Assembly: GCA_023920165.1 (NCBI GenBank)
Contig: CP089277.1
Coordinates: 3,348,001-3,412,000, forward strand
Direction: 5' to 3'
From: Curvularia clavata
Taxonomy: Eukaryota
Length of the DNA: 64,000 nt
This document shows positions 24,501 to 37,037 of the stretch, piece by piece. The notes beneath the pieces are model-generated. The model was given only the letters and a program-made list of their open reading frames with translations, ran no database searches and had not been told where the DNA came from. Both the position numbers and the translations under genes were made by a program. The first letter of the stretch is position 1. The number at the start of each line of letters is the position of its first letter.

Positions 24501-27500
24501 AGATCGCATTACGGTCGTGACGCGCCCAGTCAAGGTCATATTTGACATGCAAAAGTTGGACGATGCGCTTGGCTCTTTTGGAGGCTTCAGCGGTATGCTA
24601 GAGTTGAGCAACTCCTTCAGCTCTGCTAGTACCGTGCAAAGTCCTGTCATGTCTCCATCGCGCCATCGGCCCCGAGGTGTCCATTTTGGCAATGGACTGC
24701 CACCTCCAGTCAAAGAACTTGCACCACCTGCTCCGGTCGTCAATGGTCCAAAGGTTCAGCTTCAGTTTGGCGAAGTTTCTTTCACCCTCAAAGGAAAAGC
24801 ATGTTCCGTACAATTGCAGACAACATCGGTTCGGATTGCTATACGCCAGAGCAACGTCCGTCTCAAGGTCTCTGAGCTCCAGCTTATAGGGCCCTACACA
24901 GAGGCTGGTCAAGTCAATGCGCCTTTCATCGCAGAGGTGAAAGGAACTACCCTTAACTTCCTGTTTGCCCCGGAAGAAGCTGATTTAACAAGACTGATCT
25001 CCATGATAACACCGTCGAAGGATCCATACGAGAATGATGACGACATCCTGATTGAGACGCTATTACGCCAACGCAGAAAGGGCTCAGTCCTCCGCGTTGA
25101 GTTTGCTGGAATAGGGGTCCGCGTCTCCGACCTACAGCAAATGAAAACCTTCGAGGCTCTGGGTGCCGAATTGGCGCGATTGTCCAAGGTAGCCAAGTAT
25201 TTGCCAGATGATGATCGACCTGGCCTGCTTAGTCTGGTGTCAGTCAAGACGCTAGACGTACGGGTAGTCGTGAACGAGAGGCTTGGAGACATCTCTGTTA
25301 CTCTACAAGACACTGCTCTGGCTCACGTAGGAGTTCCAGCCTTGCTGGCTACTGAAGTTGGCAAGGCAATCGTCCGTCGGGATGACGAAGTTCTCGTTCA
25401 TGAAGTCGTCAAGATGCGCCCATCAGAACAGTTGCCTGCAATCATGTTAAGGATGGTGGGAGATGAGATGGAGCCTGTGGCGAAGGCAAAGTTCTTCAAT
25501 GTCTGCCTCGAATATCGAGTGACAACTATCATGGCTGCATTGGGTGTCTCAGAAGATGGTACGGTTGATGATATTGCACTGGGCATCGCATCCAGCGTTG
25601 CGACCATCACGGGTGCACAATCGCCTCAAACACTTAGCCGTCAATCCTCAGAAGTCAACTCACTATCAGGTCCAACCGCTAAGCCACTCCAGCTCGATCT
25701 TCTAATGAGAAACTGCGCGATTGGACTCAATCCTCGAAAAACAACGTCAAAAGGGCTTTTTGTGCTCACAGAAGCACACATTGCTGGCAAGCAGGCAAAG
25801 AACGATTATTCAGTCACTGTGGAGCTTCGCAAAGCTTCGATGCATGCTATCGACGACGTGGCTCGGTTAGAAGACGAACATCAACCAGCCTCACCAGTTT
25901 CAACTACAAATCGTCAACTCCAGGAACTCAGCGAGTTGGGATATGTGTCTCTTAGTTCAATCTCAGCTGCCAAAGTGTACGTCAACATCGCAGGCGACGG
26001 GAACGAACAGCCACGGCTGGTCGAAATCGAGTTCAAAAACGAGCTTTTTGTCATCGAATCATGCGCAGATTCTACGCAGACTCTCATAGCGATCCTCAAT
26101 GGGCTTCAACCGCCATCACCACCTTCCACAGCAGAGCAATATCGAACCGTTGTACCTCTACAGCAAATGATGGAATCTTTCACTGGAGACGCGCTAGTGC
26201 AAGACGAGGATGTGGAGGCTGATGACTTCATGAGCAATGCTGATCTTGTGGAAGACGATCTCCCAACCAATCTTGAGTTTGTCGGAAGCATCTACAACTC
26301 ACAGTCTTTGCCTACTGAAGAGGAAATGGGAGATAGCCTGCTTGGTGAGGATGATCTTGGTGCATTGGCGACGCCCCCGACTACTCGTCAACGTGGCGAC
26401 CGAGCACTACTGGAAAGCTTCCAAGAAAAGTACGAGATTACCCAAGGCGAGGAAGAGTTTGATTTTAGCGAAGAGTACTTCAGAGATGCAGACGCAGAAC
26501 AGAAGGGGAAAGCTCGAAAGTGGGATTCCACCAAGAACCAGTATCATCTGTCGAACGAGTTTAAAGTCCCGGATGCACCGCTCAAAGTCCGCGTTCGCGA
26601 TGTCAATGTGATTTGGAACCTCTACGATGGCTACGATTGGCCACGAACGCGCAGCATCATCAGTCAGGCTGTGGATGACGTCGAGGCTCGTGCAGAAGAG
26701 CGACGACGAAGAGCCAGAGAAGAAGAAGAGGATGATGACTTCGTCGAAGAGGACTTCTTGTTCAATTCTGTATGGATTGGTGTTCCCGTGAAAGACGAGA
26801 AGGGAGCACTCGCCCGGCGTATTAACCACGATATTGACGACCTGGCCAGCGAAACAGGTAGCTACGCCACCTCGACAGCGACACGCTCTACAGGGGCTAC
26901 TGCTCGGCCACGTAGCACAACCAAGTCTAAACGTCGACTCAAGCTTGAGCGAAGCAAGCACAAGAAGATTGCATTTTCCCTCATGGGCGTTGCGGTGGAC
27001 CACATTATCTTCCCACCGGACTCTGGAGAGACGATCAATTCGACCAATGTGCGCGTCCAAGACCTCGAGGTTTTCGACCATGTACCCACCTCGACCTGGA
27101 AGAAGTTTGTTACGTGCGCGATTGACCCGAACATGCGAGAGCTTACTCGACCCATGATCAACCTCGAGCTCGTCACAGTCAAGCCAGTCACAGACTTGGC
27201 TGCATCTGAGCTCGTTATCAAAGTAAGTTTGAAGTAGGTTAGGAAAAACTTTACGTACTAACTAGGCTGCCAGGTCACTGTACTCCCACTTCGCCTGCAT
27301 GTGGACCAAGACGCGCTGGATTTCATCACACGCTTCTTCGAGTTCAAGGACGATTCTGTGCCAGCTAGTCCGCCAGCCGCAGAGCAGCCATTCATTCAAC
27401 GACTTGAGGTCATGGCTGTCCATATGAAGCTCGATTACAAACCAAAGCGTGTGGACTATCGCGGTCTTCGGTCTGGCCACACTACCGAGTTTATGAACTT

Positions 27501-28290
27501 CTTGATCCTCGATGGTTCTGACATTATCCTACGACACGCAATCGTTTACGGTATTACTTCGTTCGACAAGCTACACAAAACGCTGAACGATGTCTGGATG
27601 CCGGACGTCAAAGACAATCAGCTTCCAGGAGTCCTTTCTGGACTGGCGGCCGTGCGACCTCTTGTAAATGTGGGCTCGGGACTCAAGGACCTCGTTGTTG
27701 TGCCCATGCGGGAGTACAAGAAGGACGGTCGCATTGTCCGTAGTCTACAGAAGGGCGTCTACGCCTTTGCCAAGAACACAACCTCGGAGGTCGCACGCTT
27801 GGGTGCAAAGGTAGCCATCGGAACCCAGAACCTGCTTGAAGGGGCAGAAGTTTTTCTCAACCCCCAAACAGCCTCGCCTGGCCGCCACCAAGCCCACGAG
27901 TGGGATGGCGAAGATCCTCATTCCGACTCTGACGAACCGCGCGCAGTGTCAAACTATGCTAATCAACCAATTGGCGTGCGCGCCGGTCTACGCAGCGCAG
28001 CTAGACACCTTGAGCGCGACTTGCTCACTGCACGCGACGCGGTAATAGCTATACCCGCGGAGGTGATGGAAGAGGGCAGCGGTACAGGTGTAGCGAGAGC
28101 ACTTGCCAGGCATGCCCCAACGGTTGTACTGCGACCTGCACTTGGCGCGACCAAAGCGTTGAGTAATGCCCTGCTTGGTGTGGGCAACGCACTCGATGCA
28201 GGATCCAGACGCAAGATTGAAGATGTAAGCATCAGTCTTTTCTTTGGTACAACCATCGCTAACAGTCAACAGAAATACAAATCATACTAG
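21530..28290 (+). CDS. ATG2: Autophagy lipid-transfer protein Atg2 (introns 21692-21744, 27223-27273, 28225-28272)
   Basis: Chorein-N-like start, [55 protein letters not shown] and C-terminal ATG_C helices. Confidence 0.95.
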
Positions 28291-29256
28291 ACCGTTGGTT
28301 GATACCATATCACTCTCCTCCATTTTTTTCTTCACGATCAGACATTGACACTTTTCTTTGACCACGACGTACTATTCCACATTGTATCTTTGTTTCTCTT
28401 CTCTCTTTGGTTAGATTGCGTGCATAGCGACGGAATGGAGTTTTGCTAAATTGGTGTCTGTGCGCGGGCAAATTGGGGGACTTATACGGCGTCATCTTTT
28501 CAGACTTGGCTTTTCTTTTTTGACGGACCTCATTTGTAGTATGGAGTGTAGCTGACCATTATGCCATGATATTGTTTGTGCGTCGCACTGTCTTAATTTT
28601 TATCCTCCTTCTGACACGCTTTGTATCGTTGGACATGTCACACTCTAGAGCTTTCTTTTTTCTCACAGGGAATAGAATGCGAGGGGCATGGATGTGCACT
28701 TTGGTTTGGTTCTGAGAAAACACTGGCTAGCTAGACTATACTGTACATCTTTCTTCCTCTCTTTTAATCTGGGGGTGTTGATGAGATATGTTTCCTTCCT
28801 CATTCTTCTCGCTTGTTTGATAGGTAGATAGGGGGGTCGTGGTTACGTCAATGGCTGATTCTCCAACTTCCCCTCTTACCCTCTGCCCCTCCTGCTTACA
28901 CTCACGTGCGCCTTCACATGCCAACCCATCGCAGTACCGAACGGGCGTAAGACAAACGGGGGATCTGATTACTGATCTCGAATCAGAGGGATGATTACTA
29001 TTTGGGCCGAGGCAATATCAACGCCGAAAACGGTCATACTAAGGTGCGTATATAAATGTTAGCACTTGTAGGGGTGTCGGATGTGATAAGATTGTTTGAT
29101 CACGAAGAGGAAGAATATGTGAATGAAGTTGGTCATAATCATCATTAACTATTTAGAGGATGAATAGAAGCACACCATGGAGCTTTGGGGATGATAACCC
29201 TCATTTCATGAATGTTACAGTCCTGTGTAAAAGACACCATGTCAAGATACCATGAC

Positions 29257-31093
29257 TTAGTAAGTGTACCTGAAACCCTTCTGGTCGCCGTCCTGTTGAG
29301 AAATTTATTAACCTCTGTGTAGATACAAAGCCAAAAGGAGGTGGGGAACTTACGTCGTTGTACTCGAGCTCCAGCTCGCCGCGGTCGGCACGCTTGTTCA
29401 GGTTCCATGACCTCAAGGTGATGAGGCAGACAATGACCATAGTCAGAAGGCAGCACGCAATGCATGCGTACAGTCCTGGCTCGTATCCGGGCTTGTCTTG
29501 TTCTCGGAATACGAGACCTCCGGCAATACCGCCTACTCCGCCCATACCGACAAGGATGGCCGAGCAGAAAGCACGCTTCCATTGGCCTCTGATGTTGTTG
29601 GCCTGGTACGCCATGGTGGCTGGGATGTTGCTGTTCGCTCCGGCAGTGGTGAGGAAGACACCAAAGTACCTGTATAGGCGTCAGTCTAAAACTCAAACAA
29701 GACCTGGTTGCAACGAGACATACCTGATGTTGGGGTTGCTGTGCCAGCCCATGATGGGAAGTCCGATGAGGCAGAGAACCATGTTGCAGATGATGATGGG
29801 TCCACGGAGGTGGTACTTGTCGCCAAGATAGCCAGTGGTGTACATGACGATAGCGGCCAAGGCATACGGAGGAGCAACCAGACATTGAGCAGCACCGACA
29901 GAGAAGCCCATGTTACCTGTCAGAATAATGGGAAGGAAGTATGCAAGAGCATAGGTAACGGTAGTGGTGTTGAAGAAGATCTAGGTGGGTTAGTGCGTGA
30001 AACCATGGGTTTACTGTAAGTTTGTGTGACATACCATTGCGAAACCCCAAATCTTGATATCTGCGCCACCCTTCAAGAATTTGGCGATCGAAAACGGTTC
30101 CGGCTTGGCATCACCACGGTCCTTGTTGACACGATCGATGATGAACATGGCTTCTCTCTCGGTCAGGAAATTCCAGCTCTTGTGGGCCTTGTCCGGGAAG
30201 TCGACGAGGGCCCAGTAACCGACGATACCAAGGAAGCAGGTGAGCGCTCCTTCAATGATGAAGATCCCTGAATGATTGATTGTTAGCGTCTTCTTTTGGT
30301 AATGCGCATATGCAGGGAAACTCACAGCGCCAGCCGTTCAGACCCTCGCGTCCCTTTAGTTGCATCAGTCCATATGCAAGGATACCGGCGCAAGCAGAAG
30401 CCAGACTGCCCAAGATGTAAAAGCACGAGTATCGCTTTCCGATATCGTATCGGGTGTCTAAGATCAATTAGTATCATACCAAGCATTGAAGATGGTGGGA
30501 ATTCTTACACCACGTTGAGAGCAGGTAGACACAGCTAGGGAAGAAACCAGCTTCTAGCACACCGAGGAGCACTCGCAGGCCAGCCATAGTGCCGTAGCTA
30601 TCGGCAAATCCCATACCAATCATAACCGCACCCCATGCTATGACGATGACAGAGAGGAAGTTGCGTGGTCCGAGGTAGCGGCAGATGACGGTGGCTGGGG
30701 GCTGGAAGATGATGTAGGACGCGAAGAAGACAATGGTTACGACGGAGTAGCGGGAGATTGTGCCCTCAAGAACGCCAAGCTTCAATTCCACAGTCATTCT
30801 AAACGACGTTAGCTTTAGCTACGCGCAAGAGTAGCAGACAGGGGGTGTACGGACCCAGCAATTGCGGCAGCACTCAGATTGGTACGGTCCATCAGACTGA
30901 TGCAGTACAGCACACCAACGGTCACGACAAGACGGCGATCAATGCGGTGGATGATCTTTCTCTGCTCGCGCTCGCTGAACTCGCACTCGTAGGAAGGGGA
31001 GGAGCCATCCTGGGAGCCTTCGATGTTTTCCTGGAGGGTGACCTCTTGCTTCTGGTAGATGTCGTCGGACATGACTTTTTCGTGGGAAGCCAT
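29257..31093 (-). CDS. MFS transporter, allantoate/anion:cation symporter (Dal5-like) family, multi-intron
   Basis: IDRRL...SLMDRTNL, LRVLLGVLEAGFFP..YLLSTWY, GWRWIFIIEG, NNIRGQWKRA and C-terminal GFRYTY* (TAA 29259-29257). About 6 introns. Confidence 0.92.
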
Positions 31094-33651
31094 GGTGAAT
31101 TGCGGGGCAGAGGCTTTAGGGCGAGAGAGAAGATGAAGGGCCTGAAAGAAAAAAAAGAAGGAGAGGGTCTATGGTATACATGTTATATGTCAGACAGGCC
31201 TCCCTGAGCATCCTCGCCTCCGCCCCGCCATGACAGAGCGCCCAGACCCACCGGCGTATGGGAAATCCATCAGCAGTAAAGTACCGAGGCACAGGGCAGC
31301 ATTTGGACCAATTCGCCCGCTTGTTTGGAGTTGGCGGCCAAAGGAGAAGGAAAGCCGCGCAGAGACAAAAGGACCAAAGCTGGGGGAGGCTTGGCATGTG
31401 GGGACCCCGCATGCTGGGTCATGCCAAGCCCTGGCCGGGGTTCCGACGACAAGACTCTCCAAGCACGCCCGAAGCCGTCTCGTCCCTGTCTGCTGGCATC
31501 TTGTCGTGCGCTACGTCCCATGCCATCTACGGGGACCAGCCGGGTGCACTGCGGCGCGCTGCCATCCATATCGTTTGCTTGTCCTTCATCTCTCGACGCT
31601 GTGCAACCGCCGTAAGACGCCTGCCCATGGCCAACGACGAGTTTCGAATCCACGCGCGGGGTAACGTCGCGTACTGCTGCTCCACTGCGAGACTCCACAG
31701 TCCAGATCATGTCCCAAGTGGGATACTGCTCCGCGCAGCATCCAGCCATGTGTGGTCGCGAGCCGCATGCGAACAAGGGACTTTGGCGTCCATCAGCCGC
31801 CCCCCAAGCCGCCGGCTCCTTGGCATCGACTTGCTCGTGGCGTCACGTTGAGTCTTTTGCAAGTCGGTGTGCCGCCGTCTTTTCGCGTATACGTTTTGCC
31901 TACACCCGTGCGGGGCAGTGTACGCATACGAAGAGCACCCATCAACACAGTTTTCAACATGTCCGGCTCCCAGCTGCTTGGATACAAACACACAAGCACA
32001 CAATCTTGGCATGCAGACGAGTCGGACGATCGCTGCCCGGCCGTTGAGCACGCACCATACCACTCACCGAGAACAGCTGCATAACCTTCTTGCATACACC
32101 GCGCATCCACAATCTGGCCTGATTCGCTTGACGCTGTCCCTGTCGATTGATCAGCAGTCTCGACGATCCAGTCACGCATGCAAAACCTCCGGCTCGAGAG
32201 TTCCTTTGTTTTCCGTCACTATGCATACTGCCCCCAAAATAGGTGTACAGACTTCTTTGCGCCTAGATCCGTGGCGCAAATCACACCACCGCATTCTATC
32301 TACGTGGCTCTGCAAAATGCCGTATCGCCTCCAGCCCATGAATCAATCAAGCGAGGAGCCTCCTCGGCTGTCAGAGGCAAGTCAGTATCCCAGCCGTAGT
32401 AGCTCAGCCCAGCATGGCTAAGACCCCGCCTCCTGCTTAAGCGTCCCTTTCAATCGCTCCATTGGAAAAACAACACCCTAGTGTCAGAAACCCACGTGTA
32501 AACGCGGTACCGAACCTGGATTCACCCATCATACGTGACGATCCTCGCATCCTATCCTGGTGCTTGGGAGTTCCTAACGCTCCCTGCTCCGGATTCTCCC
32601 AGATCTCAGTATACCACCATCTTGGCTCTCGTCCCCACCCAATCACGCCCCAGAAGTCGTTGCACTGACCGAGGCACTCTTTCCTAGCCTTAAACATCAC
32701 AATTACATTCTGGGGAATTTGCCCCTCAAAAAAGACGCCACAATCTTTCACTGATGCCTACGGAGCCCAACCAACACTCCCATCGTATATCTAAGTTTGA
32801 AATAACCCTCCTTTGCCAATCACATCGTCCAAATAGACCGAGGTAACCTTTTTCTCAATATCTCCCATCGCGCGGCTCTCGATATTCAGCCGCTGCTTGC
32901 GGCATCGGAATCTGCGACCCCAAACATGCCAAAAGACAACCGACATTCTTGCAGGGAAACCGATATAGGGAAATGATATAAGAGAAGAACCTGTCCAATG
33001 AGATCACCATCCGCTGTTCGGGTTCCGAGGCATGCCAGCTTGAGACCCGGGTCCGCCAAGGCGGTGGGTGCATGGCTTGTACGCCACAATGGCTAGGCGT
33101 ATCGAGTACAAGTGGTTGGACGAAGAAAAGCGCCAATAAGGTAATAAGAACTAACTATGAGCTCTCGATATGCCGGTGTTTCTCGACACCCTGTTGCCTA
33201 ATGCTCACCTGGCTGGTTTCTCTCCTCGTCATAGAGATGTACTGGGAGAGGTGAGTTGAATTAGCAGCTGGTGTTTCAAGTCTTTCCTTCCAAATGCGCA
33301 TCTACTTGCTGCAGTTCGTCATGGGTGCGTACTACAACATACATGCCGTGTTCAGTTTCTGCCTCTGACTCTCCCGCAACCAGTAAAACCGGAAAACTAA
33401 AAACGAGCTATCAACAGAGTAAACGATAAACAGCTGTGGTAACTACCGCTACTCAAAGCAGTGTTGTAAATGCTAAGAATACAGCAAATAAACAACTGTA
33501 GCAACCACAGCTACTTCTGAAAGTAGTAGTTTGGCTACGATATAGGGTGATTGTGGGAGAGTTTGACTAAACTTTTCTATTCAAGTAATGCTCATGCTGC
33601 ACAAGACTAACAATGCAGCGTCTATCTCATTATATGAATATTCTCAGACCA

Positions 33652-35168
33652 CTACACCCTGAACTTCTGGCCAGCCTCCGTCGTCGGAAAGTACTCTGGG
33701 CACCTGCCCTTGTCCTCAACCATTCTGAATTCATTGATGGTAGTCGTGTGTATCAAATGCAGCAGCGCCAGCCTAGCCGTGACACTGATACCCTGCTCTT
33801 GCAGAGTATCTGATTGTCCCATCGGCGCCGTGAAGAACAGTTCTGGTTGCACCCAGCTGCTGAAGTACTCGACCCGTTTCGTTTCGCTGTGCTTGACAAT
33901 CGATCTACCGCCCATCTGCTTGGGAGTGAAGTGAATGAACATGATTTCGTCGCTGGTTATGAGGAAGCCGTACTGCGTACTGTACTCGAGCATCCAGCGG
34001 GCTATGTTGCCTGGCAGATGGTTAGGAAGCGAGATAGTTAGGATGTGACTGGCAAGCATCTGGACAGTGAGCTTACCTAACACGCAACGTAAACTACCCT
34101 ATTCGTTGGTCGATGCTTCTTTAATTGCAAGCGTCAGAGCACCGCGTCGGCCTCCCATGTACTCGACATGGCCGATGAGTCGAGTCTCGTCCTCGCCACT
34201 GGCAGACTTTGCGCGAACAACGAATGTGGGTTTGACACCCTTTGCAGCGAGTTGCTCATTTTCCGCCGCCTTCTCGATCCATATGCCTTGCGGAACGATG
34301 TCTCCACATTCCTCAGTTATTATCGTGGTGGTAAGCAGCGTGTTGTAAATCCTCTCCACCACCTCGAGCACTTCGCGTCGAAAGTAGTCTTCTAGTTTGG
34401 CGGGACCTTGCTGGTTTTCCTCAAGTGTCTCTACCAGCTCGGTGGGACGCGGATCATCGACCTGGTAACTTTCAATCTCGTTGAATGCCGCTTGGCACCC
34501 TGGTTCTTTCCAAAACTCGATTGTTTTGTAATTGAAATATTTCCAGGAGAACAGACACCCAAGGTACCAATGCCGACGTGCATCGGCTGGTAGGAAAAGT
34601 GGCGCATCTGGATTTGTGGGAGGAAGATAGTCTGTTCGAAAGGGTTGCAGCACTGCTGCCCTGGGAGTGGTACGATTCGGGTCTGTGGAGGGGGTCAAAC
34701 GTAGGAATTCTCGCGGCGGGTCTGGTGAGGCTCTCTCTCGGATTATTGGGGACGATTCGGGTTCTGAAGACGACTCGGATTCCGAAGACGACTCGTCTGG
34801 CGGTTCCGTCTCCTCGACACTCGGCGGTTCAGCGACTGGAGAACTCGCTCTCTGCCTTCTACACAAAACGATCAAAATAAACTCTACAGCAAATACAATC
34901 TAGGGCAAGAATCATGTATGCAACCCCCATACCTCGCCTCCTCTCTAGCTTTGACAATGTCGGCAATCGTCTCTTTTCCCATATGCTCATGAAGACTCTC
35001 TGCGTGTTGCGGGTTCTAGTCGCAAATGTCGAGCAACTCGTACGCTTCATGAGCGTCCTCGATCCCGGTGGCATCCATTAATATGACGAGGCGTGCTCGC
35101 CGCTCGGGGGTCAGATCGGCCAGAAAGCGACGGTTTTCGATTGACGGGACTTCTTTTTTGGGAGGCAT
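33652..35168 (-). pseudogene. Three-exon gene (UBA-like N-terminus, degenerate PD-(D/E)xK-like C-terminus) interrupted by two in-frame TAG codons; pseudogene or RNA-edited gene
   Basis: Exons 35168-34933, 34858-34077 and 34010-33652 join in frame. The only lesions are TAG at 35018-35016 (ICD*NPQHA) and 34101-34099 (NE*GSLRCVLG). Confidence 0.7.
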
Positions 35169-36206
35169 GGTAGCGGCTGGGGATGTGTTGAGATGGGGTG
35201 ATTAACGATGGATGCATAAGTATGAAGATGCGGTGGAAGTGAGAGGAAACTGTGTATTTTATCGGTCTTGTTTGGTGCATGCGTACTTGCTTTGTAGCGG
35301 TGGCATGGAAGGCTCATCGTTGGTTCTTGCGAGGTCAGAGTTCGTCATTGCCTGGTGAGGTCTTTGCAACAGGTGCGCTGAGCAGTGAAGGCATTAAGAT
35401 ATCTCATCAAATACAGGGAAGAGGATTGAGCTACACAGTATTACAAAAACAATCACTCAACGTGAGACACCAGCGGTCGATTCGACTCACCTCTGCCAGG
35501 ACGTCTCTAAATACTCGACAAGATGCTCTCTCCAGATACAAAAACTTTGTGTACAACAAGCATATCAGTGAAGAACCGGCTTTAGAGCCTGTATGATTTC
35601 AGAAGCAGAATCTTATGTCCTAGAAAGACCACGTCGAGATGCCCAGGATACATCGCGGAAGCTTACAATACGACACACTGTAAGTTCGATTGAGCCGCGC
35701 GGTCTTACGAACGAGAATATCTTGACATCAATACGTTTATCCGTAAAAAATATAGCCCCCTCATAAATCACCAGAGTCTGGTGAAAACGAAAATAGACGA
35801 ATCAATTACATAATTTGCTTTCATGTCAGCTAAAAATGGTCCTGTCTTTTACTAGCGATTTTGAATATCAGTTACAACCGCCACGCGTTTGGAAGAACAT
35901 CCTGAAGTACTTAAAATGCTGTACAATATCTAAATTATATATAGCAAGGTAAAATGTAAGCATTTGTGGAAAGTACTAGGGTAATGAGATATACGTAAAA
36001 TGGTGTTCCAACAATCATGGAGAAGATGTGGACCCTGGATCTTCCAAGCTACGTAACCGAACCGTCCCACCTCTCACGACCTATGACACCATCGTGCCGC
36101 AGCTATCCCCGACATCTTGTTTACACAACATCATGATTTCCACACACGCGCGTCCAGCGTTCCCTGCAGTCGCCATACCCAATTCCCACCCGCCAATCTA
36201 AGCGTA

Positions 36207-37037
36207 ATGTACGCATTGACACTAGCCGGAATCCCCATCGCCGTCGGTGCCAATGAAGCTGTCCATCAACAACGGCTTCTAGACGAAGAAGCTGAGTCCG
36301 AAGAGCGGCAAGAAGAGTTCTACCTAGATGTCTTCTGTGATGCGAAAAGCAGAAAGAAAGATGAAGTCCACAACGCGATTGTTGTCCTGAAAGACGGAAA
36401 AGTACGCAGCGCCCACTCACACCTCTATATAATATGGCTTTTTCTAGGAACAGCAATGCTAACTAAAACACAGGTACGCCTCTGGCCCAAAGACCCCGAA
36501 ACCAACCTCCCAAAGCGCGGTCCGCACGGGGAACCACCACCCCACCCCTTCACGGGCTTCTACCTTCCCTTTCCCTCTTCCGAGCTCCCGCATCGCCCTA
36601 TGCCCGCCGCCCCCGTCCTCGGCCTTGTTAGCACCGTTCCACCCTCAGCGCCCTCGTCACCCGAATCCTCCGCCCCCTCGACGCCCTCGCCCCTTCCCCG
36701 AAAAACCGTGTCTCGGCCCACGAAACCCAAATTGAACTGGATCTACGCACACAGCAAGACACGAGAGCTACGATACGGGCCAAGGGCAGAGGCAAAGAAA
36801 CATAAAGTCGGGCCGTGGGATTGGACAGAGGACGAGCAGGGATTGACGCTGGATGATGAGGAGTGTCTTGTTGCGGTGGAGGAAGAGAGAGGAGGGTATG
36901 GGTGGGCAGTGTACTGGGATCGCGAAGACGATTGTTTGAAGGGGGTCGGAGTGGGTGAAGAGAAGAGGGTGTTGAGGTGTAGTTTGGAGAGGAGGCTGGT
37001 GGAAAAGAAGAGGATCAAAGGGTTGGACGAGGATTGA
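36207..37037 (+). CDS. Conserved fungal hypothetical protein (intron 36402-36473)
   Basis: IPIAVGANEAV, VFCD, HPFTGFYLPFP, GLVST, LNWIY...RELRYG and GPWDWTEDEQGLTL, a recurring Pezizomycotina family of unknown function. Confidence 0.8.
   Translation: MYALTLAGIPIAVGANEAVHQQRLLDEEAESEERQEEFYLDVFCDAKSRKKDEVHNAIVVLKDGKVRSAHSHLYIIWLFLGTAMLTKTQVRLWPKDPETNLPKRGPHGEPPPHPFTGFYLPFPSSELPHRPMPAAPVLGLVSTVPPSAPSSPESSAPSTPSPLPRKTVSRPTKPKLNWIYAHSKTRELRYGPRAEAKKHKVGPWDWTEDEQGLTLDDEECLVAVEEERGGYGWAVYWDREDDCLKGVGVGEEKRVLRCSLERRLVEKKRIKGLDED

Noticed and set aside
28960..29060. Hairpin TCTGATT..AATCAGA and box C-like ATGATTA
   Set aside because: No convincing C/D box pair or rRNA guide; probably 3' UTR sequence between convergent genes.
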